The notes beneath the pieces are model-generated. The model had not been told where the DNA came from, searched no databases, and saw only the letters and a list, made by a program, of their open reading frames with translations. The position numbers and the translations under genes were made by a program. From positions 26,273,240-26,337,239 of the forward strand of contig OZ316894.1 in NCBI GenBank assembly GCA_973895155.1: a DNA stretch of 64,000 nucleotides, given 5' to 3'. This document shows, one piece after another, positions 26,410-38,167 of this stretch (its first letter is position 1; each line of letters starts with the position of its first letter). The DNA comes from Marsupella aquatica. Lineage: Eukaryota; Plantae; Marchantiophyta.

Positions 26410-28593
26410 TTACATAGATGCAGAAACGTCCGCTCGTTGCTTGAGGTCTTGTGTTCTTTTGCTGGTGCGCATTGCTTCCACCAACCATGTGACGCCCTCC
26501 CTTATGCCTGACCTGTTCCATCACAAACAAAAGATGAGTTTTTAGGGGAGAATTAACATTTAACTCCAGACTACGGGCTGACCACTTCGCATCTTCCCCC
26601 ACTTCCATAACATCCAGACTTCTTATGCCAGGGCCCCCTCCCAGTTTGGATCTGAGTTCAAGACATCAGAGACGAGTACGAAGGAACCCTAACATACCCT
26701 TCATATGCGGAAATGGCCATAACGTTGGATTCCCGACTATCAAGTTCTTTCAGATGCAGCTGTCTTCCAAGTTCTTCTGCAGATGCAGCACCCGGTAGAT
26801 CCTGCTCATGCCCGACAAACATCCTAGATAAGGTTCTACTCGTTGCTAAGATTTAGTAATAAGAGACATTAGGCATATCACAAAAGCAGTATTACGTTCC
26901 CAAATTTATTGCATGCCATAATAAGGAAATTCCGCAATCAAAGTGCACTACCTACAAGTAACACAACGCAAGTTGGCTAGACAAGCTTTGATAGGGGGGT
27001 ATACAATGAAAGGAAAGACATGAAATCCCTAACCAAAACTCCAAACTCTCCCGAAGGGTCCTAGTACATACACTGTTGCATATTCTGGATTTTCCTCTCA
27101 TGTTTCAGAGTTAATGTGAGATACATAGGACCAGATTATTGATTGCACTCCGGTTCCGGTATAATGGAGAGGACAGGCGATACCTGCTTGTTTGCAAAAA
27201 TCAAAACTGGCGCTCCTTGCAAGTCCTCGTGTCTCAGGACTTTCTCTGCACTTAGAATCCCATCCGAGCTCCCATCAGAGGTTGGCATTTCGGCCAGCAA
27301 TATGATCACACTGGCAAAATCCACAACAAGAGCACTATCTCGTACTTATCACCCGATATACAGAGCAAAGTTTAGTACGCACCAAATGCTGATTTTGCGT
27401 CCTCCAAGCGAGTCTCACTAGCTGCGTCAACTACGTAAAGAACAGCATGCGCCTCCTCAAAGTACTTCTCCCAGATGGTCCTCAACCCGAGCTGCCGGTG
27501 CCAAACATACATCTAAAAAATTTCAGTAATTGGCCTAAAAAAACAAATCCAAGTCACGACCACTAAACTTTGTAAACCAACAGCTAAATAAGATGGGTGA
27601 CAATCCACATGTCTGACGCAAATAATGAAAAAAATGAACAATAGAGTTCTGATTCTCGAAATCAAACTAAAATTAATTTGGAGATATGAATGCAGAGCTC
27701 AATGATTGAGATCAGGGTACCTGACCACCAAGGTCCCAAAAGATGAGCTTTGACTTATGAGCCTCAATGCGTCCAATGTTAAGCCCCACTGTAGGCACGA
27801 TTCGATCGGGTGGAAGACCCTCAAAGTCCGAGTACAATGTTTTCAACTTTTCCAACAGAGTCTGCGATGACAGAGAATTAAAATTAAGGTCCACGGATAG
27901 GCAGGCAGTATTGCTAGTTCTTGAAGGCCCATTCTAGACGGAAGAAACAATCTTCATATACATACAACAACGCAACAGTGCCAGTGACTCTAACGTCAGA
28001 ACAAATAGAGATGAAGGAAGATTCGTAGAAGACGACTTCAAAGACTTTCGCTGCTTATCGACCGCGCTAGCACTGCAACTGTCATCAACCTCTACAACAA
28101 TTGCGAGATCCACAACAGAGTCTCCTGGAAAAACGAGAAGAGAAAGGTGCGGCGAAAGAAATACGGAGATCGAAGGTCCTTCCAGAGTTCGTGATGGGGA
28201 GTGGGAGACAGGCCAGAGAACCTAATAGATCAGAACGTGCAATCCAGCTGACTAAACTAGGTCATCTAGCAAGTAACAGGAGATCACGAGAAAAGTGGCC
28301 TAATTACGTTCTAGGCCTAACCAAAACTTCTTGCTGATCAATCAAGAGAATAATATCAACAACCTAGAACAGATCTACGATTCCAGACCATTGCGTGCCT
28401 AGAAAAGACAGAAGATGCACTCAAAGCTTCAATGAGGAGTAAGAGACGGGAGATGACTACATATGATCATAAAAAGTGGGCGGGATCAAGTGGAGCATAC
28501 AGTTTTGCCAGCTTTATCGATGCCTAGAATGAGCACATGGAACTCCGCTTTGCTGAACAAGTACTTCCACAATCCGTATAGCAAAGAAAACAT
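26410..28593 (-). CDS. ARFRP1: ADP-ribosylation factor-related protein 1 (ARFRP1 / plant ARLB1 type) small GTPase, 203 aa, 6 exons
   Basis: Exons 28593-28501, 27861-27721, 27491-27383, 27245-27184, 26801-26698, 26512-26410 (612 nt). MFSLLYGLWKY start without Gly2, G1 GIDKAGKT, PTVGLNIG, WDLGGQ, ANKQD, SAY. Confidence 0.93.
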
Positions 28594-29101
28594 GGTGGAA
28601 GGCACTGCCGCGCCGCTGCCACCTGCCCCTAATGACACCCGCCTCCTCTTATCTAATCACTCCATCGTTTCAACAACAGAACTCCTTCCACAATGCTCAG
28701 CGCTCAGTCCCCAGCTGATCTCCAGATCTGTCTGAACCTCCTTCAATCACTTGATCTCTACCTTTCATCAGCCGGTAGAATTATTGGTGGATCAGTGAGA
28801 GACCCACTTTAGGTCCGATCTCATGCACGAAAGACTCCGCGATCCGCACTTGACCCACGAACAACGTCGCCTTTGAACTCCCCTGCTGAGATCTCCTCTC
28901 TGTCTCTTTCTTCCTAACTAGATCGACGGCCCCAAAGCTTAAGAACCAAAATGCATCATGAATGCGTCGAAGTCGCCTCCTGGGGTTGGGCACTGTCTTC
29001 ACAGCATAGATCGTAGCTCCGTCTGCCTCACTGCAAAGTCTCGAGCGCACCTTTCATTGTTCAAGTGACCCTACCTGACCTGAACTGCGCAATTTGATGC
29101 A

Positions 29102-29159
29102 TCTCTCTCTCTGTCTCTGTCTCTCCCCCCCTCTCTCTCTCTCTCTGTCTCTGTCTCTG
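29102..29159. repeat. (TC)n / CTCTGT microsatellite upstream of ARFRP1
   Basis: TCTCTCTCTCTGTCTCTGTCTCTCCCCCCCTCTCTCTCTCTCTCTGTCTCTGTCTCTG. Confidence 0.9.
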
Positions 29160-29524
29160 AGAACGTCAGCCTTTACCTGTAGTGTGAAGGATCTATATCT
29201 TCGAAGGAACCTTCAACGCGAACTGAAAATGCGACCAGAGTCTCTCCACTGCCTGGAGATCGATTGCGGCGAGTGGAATCTCTCTTGTTTTGCCTTTGGC
29301 AGTGACACTTTAATGAAAGAGGCGACAATAAGGGACCACACACCGAACCCAGCAGCCTAATAACTACACAGGGGGACCAGAAGTGTAAAGGACGAACGAG
29401 GAAAGTCGTCACGATTCTGTTTGCGTGAAATGTAAATATATAATGGTGATGTGAACAAGGGCTTCTCTCTGCTGCTCTACAGTAGAAGGAAGGTAAGCCT
29501 CTAGAGGGTGACTCTAGGTGTTGA

Positions 29525-29970
29525 AGTTGGGGGTGGGGCAAAATGGAAGAGCATGTGAGGAGTCACTGGAAACCAAAGTTGGGGGTGGGAGTGGAACACT
29601 GGGGGGTGAGGTGAGTTTCTCTGAAAATGGGAGAGAGAGCATGTGAGGAGACACTGGAAACCATAGTTGGAGATGGGAGTGGAACACGGGGATTGGGGTA
29701 AGGTGAGTCTATCTGAAAATGGGAGAACAAGCATGTGACTGGAAACCATAGTGGGGGGTGGAAGGGGAACACGGGGATTGGGGTAAGGTGAGTCTCTCTG
29801 AAAATGGGAGAGCATGTGAGGAGTCACTGGACAGTTGAGGGGGTGGAAAATTCACCTTAGTAGTACAAGTTGTGTGTAACCAAAGTTGAGGGTGGGAGTG
29901 GAAAATGGGGATTGCGGATAAGGTAAATATTCTAAAATGGCAGAGGGTGTGAGAAGTGACTTGGAAACCA
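29525..29970. repeat. G-rich minisatellite, about 85-90 bp unit, 4-5 imperfect copies
   Basis: Repeating GGGGTGGGAGTGGAACAC.GGGG...AGGTGAGT.TCT.TGAAAATGGGAGA..GCATGTGA...CTGGAAACCA.AGT units. Confidence 0.85.
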
Positions 29971-30099
29971 ATTGAGCGGGCAGAATCTTTACATAAGTAG
30001 TACAAGTTGGGTTCTGCCTTGGTACCAATCCAATCTTGGTCACCAAGATGGGTATCAAAATGATGATATCTGCTTGGGGAATTTTTTCATTTTGTAAAT

Positions 30100-31000
30100 A
30101 GACGTGGGCAGCTTGCAAACATGAACAGTGTTTCCATCATAGTACCATTGACTAAAGTTGTAAGGACATCCATTTGGCCGATGCAGCAGCCATGACAATG
30201 ATAGCACAAATTGAATTGTAGACCAGGTGAGCATACAACCAATGCCAAAGTATCATTTGAGTTAGTACCTTGTTGTTGTTCAAGACTTCTAGCAAGAATT
30301 TGAGCCTTTAGATGATTTAGCTTGGACTATCTACTTCTATAATAAGGGATCACGCCAAATCCCTCCCATCGCCCGTTTACAAAACTGAACAAGGAGGGAA
30401 TGATATTATGTCGTCATATCAATGTTGTCCAAGGTTGTTTGAGACTCTTGGTTTGACTATAATGGATACCCAAGATTGCTTTTAAAGTAGGGTACAAGCT
30501 ATCGTACATGTGCTAGGGTACATAATACAACCAGTCCATAAAGTGCTTTTTCACGCAGAGCAAGCACAGGGGAAGTGATTGACATCATAAAAGGTTTTTG
30601 GCTCTTGGCCCTTGAGAGGGGATTTTTCATTTTTTGGAAGATAATGTTATCTTTTCTTCCCAATTTTTTCCAAGGAAGAAAAAGGGATGGACTGTACCCC
30701 AGTTAGGGCTAACCTTAGTTGCAGAGTAGGTTAGGTTAGTCATGCTACACACACATTATACCCAAGCGGTGTTTGCTTGGATAGGGAAAACACAAGCTCA
30801 TTGTTACAGAGCCAATTGAAAGATAGGGAAAGCTTGTGTTGTGGATGCTTGGTATGGCCGGTTGACCTGGAGTGCATTAAAACTCTTGTGTGTTCCCATA
30901 AATGTAGCCTCATGCGGAGGAGAACCACATATCTCTCTGTGTCAAACTTGATCGTTGGATGGTTATGTGCATCCAGTTGTGAATGTCGTCAATGCTCAAC
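30100..31000 (-). mobile_element. Possible highly decayed LINE reverse-transcriptase remnant
   Basis: Short minus-strand peptides (KFDTERYV, FKSNLGYP) occur in the order expected for LINE RT KLDxEKAYD and KYLGxP motifs. Very degenerate. Confidence 0.3.
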
Positions 31001-33732
31001 AATGGAGGCATTGGGAGGGAGAGTTGGAGGAAGGAAAAGGAGGGAAATGGGGAAGGGGGATAGGGAGGGAAACATACAGCCTTCATGACTGGTTTGTGAA
31101 CAATAAGCGAAGTTGTTGTTATGTAAAAAAAATCATTTTTTATGCATTGCCTCCATTAAGCCTTGATACCATTGTTTACACATCAACAACACATAAATCA
31201 ATATCCATGTCGATATGCATCTTGTAGTCCTCACTCCGTGTCCAAGCTAGAAATTGCCTTGCCCACTACCTATATTATTTGCCTAGAGAGTCATGGAGAG
31301 AGGCATGGATGTGTGGTAGCTCACTTGAGTTGAGACTCATAGGTCTATGTTCAAATGTTGTGATTGACTGTTCCCCTTCTTTGGGATTTCACAGGTTTCC
31401 CCTTAAAAAACCTATTTTATTTGGATTACGTGGTGGTGTTGGAGTTGGAATAGTATCATCAGCTACATTGGTCTTAGACTAGCTATTGTTTCAATGGGAT
31501 TGAGATCTAGTGAGACCAGCCACGAAAGAGAAAAGAGGCCCCAAAACCAAGGTGCATGTCAACCAAGCACCATAACTCCTTTGGGTGTCCATTACTGGAA
31601 GACCATACATCACATGCTACAGGTTGGGTTCATTATGACTCCCCTTAATCGATCACTTTAAATGAAGTTATACAATACCAATCATGTGATGAAATGTATG
31701 CATTTTGTAATTATACAGACAATTAAAAAACCTTGTATAATGCAGAGGTTACAGTTGTGCCTCAGTGTCAAAGAATATATCCCTTTACCATCCCTCTTGG
31801 TAAGCCACCACCCTGAATGCAACAACCACATACTGCCACATCATGAAGCCGATGTGCCTTAAATAATTGCTTTCTGGATTTCTAGATTCAGGTCTAAGTT
31901 AACTGCAAGCCGTCAAGGTTATTGGTTGAATTATTTGCTGAAATCAGCTCCCTCAATTTGTATGGGAGTTCTCATAAGTCTTGGGTTGAGGGAAGATGTT
32001 GTCCTGATATAACTGCATTCTCAGATGCCCTCTCAGTGTAGTCCAGGGAAGGCTCTCATTTGACAAACAAACCAGAGGTCTTTAAAGAAGGAATATCTCA
32101 AGCAGGAAACCATGCTAAGCTACACTATATCAATCACTATAATGTCCAATCCTGCCAAAAAGAGTCATCGTCCATTTACAAAGCAACTTCTGGAAGAAGT
32201 CAATGATATCCTTAACATTTATTCTGTCAGTTCTTTGGGTTGTGCGTTTATCTTAAATGGGACATAATAAACTTAAAAAATGTATAGGGATAGGTGTCCA
32301 AAGAATACAAATGTAATGAATAGAATTTGTATGGATGTACAACAAGTGCAAACTATACAGGGTACAGCCTACACTCAATCAGTAGTGTGTATAACCACTA
32401 GGGAGGAGAACGAAGGATAACCAAGGATTTGTTTTCGTTTTGAAATAGTTTTGTCTGTTTAAAAAAGATTCGCCCTCTTTCCATTTTCAATTTTTAGGAG
32501 GAGGCCATAATTGTGTTTTGGTTGATTGTTGTGGTGGGGCCAGTATCAACAACTCTTCCACCAAACTCAAGTTCATGAGTTTGGTAACTCCGTAAAATAT
32601 TGAAATCAAGTGCAACACGAGATTAAGATGAAGACCGAGTAGACTGCCAGATTACTCATATAACAATCCAAAAGTTTAGTTGATCAACTTCGCAACTTCC
32701 TGATGATCACACAGCATGCGCTGTTTGTACCACGCTTGACTACAGACTCTGTTGGGGAATCTTCACTGTAGGTAATCTACGTCTGAGCATTGAGATTTCA
32801 TGAGTTTCCACGATAGAGAAAGCTGCTGAAAAAATTGCCAAGTCGATGCCGGTAAATATCAGTCACTAGAAACCAGTTGTCATCGCGTGGTACATGCAGT
32901 AACTGAAGAAATCCCCTAACATGCCAAAAAGCTCCATCAAAAGCGCCAAATTGAAATCATGAAGTGCAAGAGCAGGAACACTGGAAAGGCAATCCCTTCT
33001 GGGCCAAGATATGACATGTATTCTCAAACAAGTGACCCGCAAAAATTATACACAGCTTGATAGGCTCCCCAGTAACTTGACCAACAATTTTCAGAGTGTA
33101 GGAAGTGAGAAGAGGGTCAATCATTCCGAAAACGGTAGATTTCAGGACTTCATAAAGAAGGTGTGAGTAGGTCATCTGATCATTGCAGCATAATGGATAT
33201 TGAACCAACCGAGTGTTACATTGACCAGACATTTAAAGAGTTGACAACTCTCGCTTAGTTTGTGATCATTTTCAGCTGCTTCTTTTACATATGAAGGGAC
33301 TGAAGTCGTCGATTCAAGGTACACATGAAAGTAAATCCGTTTCCAGAAGTACAGCTTTCAGTCGTCCCAGAGCTGATTAAGGAGTTTGAGCATAGTCATG
33401 TTTAACATCTCGACCGACACATGGGGTACATAACTAACCTTCAAGCTTCATGAACAGAACTGAAGGGAGTGAATGACACTTTATCAACACAGGCCAAGTC
33501 AGTGCTACATGGGGGAGTCAGACCTGCACCTATTTGTGCTTGGTATCATGGCTTCGAACCTGTTGTAAACAATTGCAGGGAACTTAGTGTCACAAGTGAT
33601 TTGAACTTCATGCTCCGTTTTATTGTCGAGGCATACAAAAGCAAGTTCATTTTGGAATTCTAAATCACCAGAGCAGCGAACACCGCCAGGAGGGTCACCA
33701 TCTACAGGAGCTCGTGTACCTTGAGACTCAGT

Positions 33733-35205
33733 CTAAATTTTGCTTGCAGCCTTGTTTTGTTGTGAAATTTTGTACCACTCGGTATGGAAAGCCCCCGGCT
33801 CATCTATACGCTCGTACGTGTGAGCACCAAAATAATCTCTCTGAGCCTGCAAAAGATTAGCTGGGAGGCGAGACCGACGATAGGTGTCGAAGTAGGCCAA
33901 ACTGGCACTCATACCCGGAGTGCTAATGCCCACAGCGATGGCCAAAGTCACAACACGTCTCCAGGCAGCCTGTCGCTCGACCAGCTCTTTCGCAAATTCG
34001 GGATCCATGAGCAGACTGGCGAGGTTGGGATTGCGGTCATAAGCGCTTTTGATCCGATCCAGAAACTTGGCACGAATAATGCAACCACCTTTCCAAATTC
34101 TGGCCAGGTCTCCCAAATTCAAATTCCAGCCCTTCTCCATGCTCTTCGCTCGGATTAGGTTCATTCCCTGTGTATAACTGGTGATTTTTGACGCATAGAG
34201 AGCCTTCCGAACATCGTCCACCAGTTGCTTCTTGTCCAAGTTCTTCTCGGCCAAAATGTCGCCCACGCCGTGCTCTTGGAAGGCCTTTGCAGCCTTGACG
34301 CGCTCATCCTTCAAATTGCTCAGGAAACGGGAATCCAGGGAGGCAGCGATGGTGGGTACAGCGACCGAGAGCTCAGCTGCTTGCTGGACAGTCCACTTTC
34401 CAGTTCCCTTCGATCCAGTCTTATCCAGAATCTTGTCCACGAGCTCGCCCTGAGACTTGTCGTCCTTTACGGCAAAGATATCCGCACTGATCTCGATCAG
34501 AAAGCTCTCCAGCTCCCCCTTGTTCCACTCAGTGAAGGTGCTGTGCAGCTCGGCGTTGGTGAGTCCACCAGCCGATTTCAGTACATCGTAAGCTTCGGAA
34601 ATGAGCTGCATGTCACCATACTCAATTCCGTTGTGCACCATTTTCACAAAATTCCCTGCTCCACCGGGCCCGATGTAAGTGACACAAGGCCCATCCACCT
34701 GGGCTGCAACCTTTGCGACAACCTCTTCAATGTAAGAGTATGCCTCCTTCGTTCCTCCGGGCATCATCGACGGCCCGTTGCGAGCTCCCTCTTCCCCACC
34801 GGAGACTCCCATCCCCATGTACAGCAACCCTTTCTCCTTCACCTGCTCCATCCGCCTCTCCGTGTTCTCATACCACTCGTTGCCTCCATCGACGATGAGG
34901 TCGCCGGGCTCCAAAAACTCGGACAGAGTAGCGATCGTCTGATCCACCGGAGCTCCTGCTTTGACAAGGATGATGATGGCCCGGGGCTTTTGGATCGACA
35001 GCACAAAGTCCTTGGGGTCGTGGAATCCCCTTAGGGGTAAATTGCCTTCCACCTTGGCCCTCTCCACGGTCTCATCCACCTTGCTGCTGGACCTGTTGTA
35101 CACTGAGATGGGGAATCCCTTCTCCGCAATGTTTAGGGCCAAGTTCTGTCCCATCACGGCCAGACCTGCGAGCCCAATTCTCGACAATCCTCCATCTCCA
35201 GGCAT
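33733..35205 (-). CDS. PGD: 6-phosphogluconate dehydrogenase, decarboxylating, 490 aa, C-terminal PTS1 SKI
   Basis: Intronless CDS with IGLAGLAVMGQNLALN, VDGGNEWY, GVSGGEEGARNGP, VHNGIEYGDMQL, QRDYFGAHTY. The first in-frame ATG is at 35205; the ORF track's 35274 start is a GTG. A likely 5'-UTR acceptor lies near 35285. Confidence 0.97.
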   Translation of the reverse strand: MPGDGGLSRIGLAGLAVMGQNLALNIAEKGFPISVYNRSSSKVDETVERAKVEGNLPLRGFHDPKDFVLSIQKPRAIIILVKAGAPVDQTIATLSEFLEPGDLIVDGGNEWYENTERRMEQVKEKGLLYMGMGVSGGEEGARNGPSMMPGGTKEAYSYIEEVVAKVAAQVDGPCVTYIGPGGAGNFVKMVHNGIEYGDMQLISEAYDVLKSAGGLTNAELHSTFTEWNKGELESFLIEISADIFAVKDDKSQGELVDKILDKTGSKGTGKWTVQQAAELSVAVPTIAASLDSRFLSNLKDERVKAAKAFQEHGVGDILAEKNLDKKQLVDDVRKALYASKITSYTQGMNLIRAKSMEKGWNLNLGDLARIWKGGCIIRAKFLDRIKSAYDRNPNLASLLMDPEFAKELVERQAAWRRVVTLAIAVGISTPGMSASLAYFDTYRRSRLPANLLQAQRDYFGAHTYERIDEPGAFHTEWYKISQQNKAASKI

Positions 35206-35623
35206 GATGACTGCACCTTCCTTCCAGTTCCTTCCTTCCTTCTCTCCTTTTGGTGCCACAACTCCTCTGCTCACAACACTCTACCTGCCAAACAAGGTAT
35301 CTCTCCGCTTCGAGAATTGTGCCTGTCACAAAAAACCCAACAATTTTCATCAACTCAAGGACGACGCCAAACAATCTGTCCGTCAAACGCAATGTATGAG
35401 AGCAGATAACCCACAGAATTGCAAATCCTATTCGGGCTCCAACGTCGAATTCAATCGACAACAAATTGAACGCAGCTGCGAGGAGAATGTGAAGTTCAGT
35501 ACTGCTCGTCGAGGCAGAGCACGATTGAGGCTTCCATTATTCGAGCTTCACCGGCATTGCAGATCACTGTAAGTCTGCAAGCGCATCCATAGAGACGTAA
35601 TTGTGGTGGGTATGAGTGGACAC

Positions 35624-35698
35624 TGACGACACCGACTACAGTCGGCTCTCTCTAATGTCAGTACAATATCCATGACGGCACCGACTACAGTCGGCTCT
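35624..35698. promoter_or_regulatory. Duplicated TGACG + palindromic DRE/CRT module upstream of PGD
   Basis: TGACG(A/G)CACCGACTACAGTCGGCTCT at 35624 and 35673. Each copy has ACCGAC on + and GCCGAC on -. Function is inferred. Confidence 0.5.
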
Positions 35699-36439
35699 AG
35701 TGCAAAACCTCGTTAAATGCAATGGGTCCTGTCCTGTTCTTCCCTTTTTATTCTACACCGACTTTACACTAATTGGGCACCCAAGGGAAACAGAATAGAG
35801 TTGACCCTTGCGAACAGGTTGATGCAAGTCTGGGTATTTTGGAACGAAGAATAATAAGTGTTATTTTCCAGTAATCATATTTTTTACTAATTCTACTATA
35901 AATTTTAGCATAAGATATGTTGCTAACAATAACTTTATAAGTGCAAACTGTTGATGTGTCTATTGTACACTTATGGGTCAGTAAGCGCACAATCCTATTA
36001 AATTGCATTCATTGATTTTGGAATCTAATCTAGGGGGCCCGTCATACAATGAAGTTCATGAGAAGCTGTGATTTTTAATTATAGACAGAAGTTCAATATG
36101 TGCTCAACCAAGCATAGTGGCTTTGTGGAACAAGGGTTCAAAACTCATCTATTGCCAGGCTTATCCGTATGTGTACATGTGTGTATCTGGCCTGACATAT
36201 TCGATATATCAGTGAGAAAACGTTGTCCATATATGTATTGGAAAATTTTCACTATGGGCCTAGCAGGTTTGGAGAATTTCCACTGGGCTGACCTTGCGAA
36301 GGACCTTTTCAAATGGGAATGTTGAGGGAGAATATGTAAGATGTTTTTTCACTTGGCTGGGCAGTTGGTAAGGGTGATTGATAGCTGCTATGAACTAGTG
36401 ATAACTGATGGGGTTGTCAGCTTGGTTTGAAGTATATGC

Positions 36440-37600
36440 TTCACTTCTGCAATTCAAGATGAATCATTTGCTGTGACTAGAAGATCAGGAGAATAAGAAG
36501 AAAGTCTGTCGCTACCACCACTCAAGAGGTAGGTAATAGAGATTGGGATCAGCAACACTACTGAGCCATCTCTCTCAGCCATGAATGAGGTTGCTTGGGT
36601 ACATAAATGGAGCATAAATGGAGCATAGTAATTTGTGGACAAGATGCTCCACCCTTTCCTGGAACAACAAAACCTCGAGGTAATTGCATGAAAATGGGAT
36701 AGTCAGAGTACAGTTAAGAGAAAGGCTGTGAGAGCATCAACATGATCAATGTTCCAGTTAAGTGTGACAGCCAGAGCAAAAGTAGTGCGAAGAGTGGACT
36801 AGCAAACAATAGGAGCAAAGGTTTCAGTATAGTCGATGCCAAACTTCTGCTCCAAAGCACTGGCAAAGAGATGAGATTTTCAGCTGCACTTGAGTACAGC
36901 TCAACTGGGGTTTAGCTTCGAACACTAAGCCCAAAGTGACTTGCAACCTCATGGTAACTCCATGGGCTCTCCAAGTTTTTTCCTTCAAGAGAGGCTAATT
37001 CTTTTTGCATAGCATTGGTCCAACCTGGATGGCAAATTGCCTCTTTGAATGTGAATCATCTTCAGTAGAATTGGCAGTTTCGACAACATTGACTCCGAAA
37101 GGCATCATTGTTGATGCTGAAGTCATAATCACTATGCCAGGGAGGTTTGCGAGTCAATCGTTGAGGATGCTTAATTGGTTCTGGGGAAAATGGAACAACA
37201 ATGGGTGAGAATGAGGCAAAGGCAATCTTGGGTGAAGAGGAACCCAAAGAAGAGGGCAAACCTAGAAGATGGGTTGGCAGTGCAATTCGAGTTTCAACTT
37301 CCAGCTGTATGCACAACCCAAATAATCCCAGACACTATTATATCGACAGAGATTCTTGACATGAGTCAACCAGTGTGTAACTCCTAGAGCCATGGAGTTT
37401 CCCACGCAGAGAATGCTAATTTCGCCAGATCCATATCAATCTGCTGTTTCCTAGTCAAGATACTAAAAGATGCTCTCACTTCTATCTAGCTCGATTGTGA
37501 ACTCCTAAAAAATTCTGTAAAGGATTGGAACACTTCCATATTCTGAATCATATAGCCCTGCACTCCGATACCGTTTTGTGATTTTAGATGATGGACTAAT
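36440..37600 (-). mobile_element. Decayed Ty1/Copia LTR retrotransposon pol fragment (RT, possibly integrase)
   Basis: Minus translation of about 36715-36880 reads KSHLFASALEQKFGIDYTETFAPIVC*STLRTTFALAVTLNWNIDHVDALTAFL, the Copia RT signature. DLLVTANDS follows downstream. Contains internal stops. Confidence 0.8.
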
Positions 37601-38167
37601 CAGACGGAAACACAAAGGTGGTCAATTACTAAGAGCCACAGATACAACTAACCCAATAGGGAAGTCAGCTTAATCTGCATACCAATGAGTGAGAGTTTAC
37701 TAAACACTAATAAGCCTAAGCAAAGAGGCCTGAACAAGAGGCACTAACCTAGGCTAAACTAAAGGAGACGAACGACAGGAGGAGGTCACAATCTCCAACA
37801 GCTGCAAAGTTCAACTTTTGTAAATTGGAAGCCATGGCGTTGGCTCATTGCCTTGGGCTTCGATCATGGTGAAGTCTAAATCTGGCTCCATTGGCTTAAG
37901 TCCAACTCTCGGAACCCCTCAATTGCCTCAACTACAAGAACATTTTTGGAGCCTCTGATCTGACAGGCTGTGTGGAGAGTTTCACCGACCGTAAATGTAT
38001 GCTCAATGACGTGTACTGTACTGTGTCGGTTTACGGAACGAAATCACTGCTTGCCTTTTGGGTGACCCAGCTTTCTGGATCCACAGAGATAATTAAGCAA
38101 TTATCCTTTATTTCAATCTTGATCCTGGAAGGCCAGACAACTAGAATATAACCTTTAGGGTCCGATA

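Noticed and set aside
35206-35274. N-terminal extension of PGD in the ORF track
   Set aside because: It starts at GTG. The ATG at 35205 gives a normal-length enzyme.
33784-35572. Long + strand ORFs (124, 269, 203 aa)
   Set aside because: Antisense shadows of the GC-rich PGD coding sequence.
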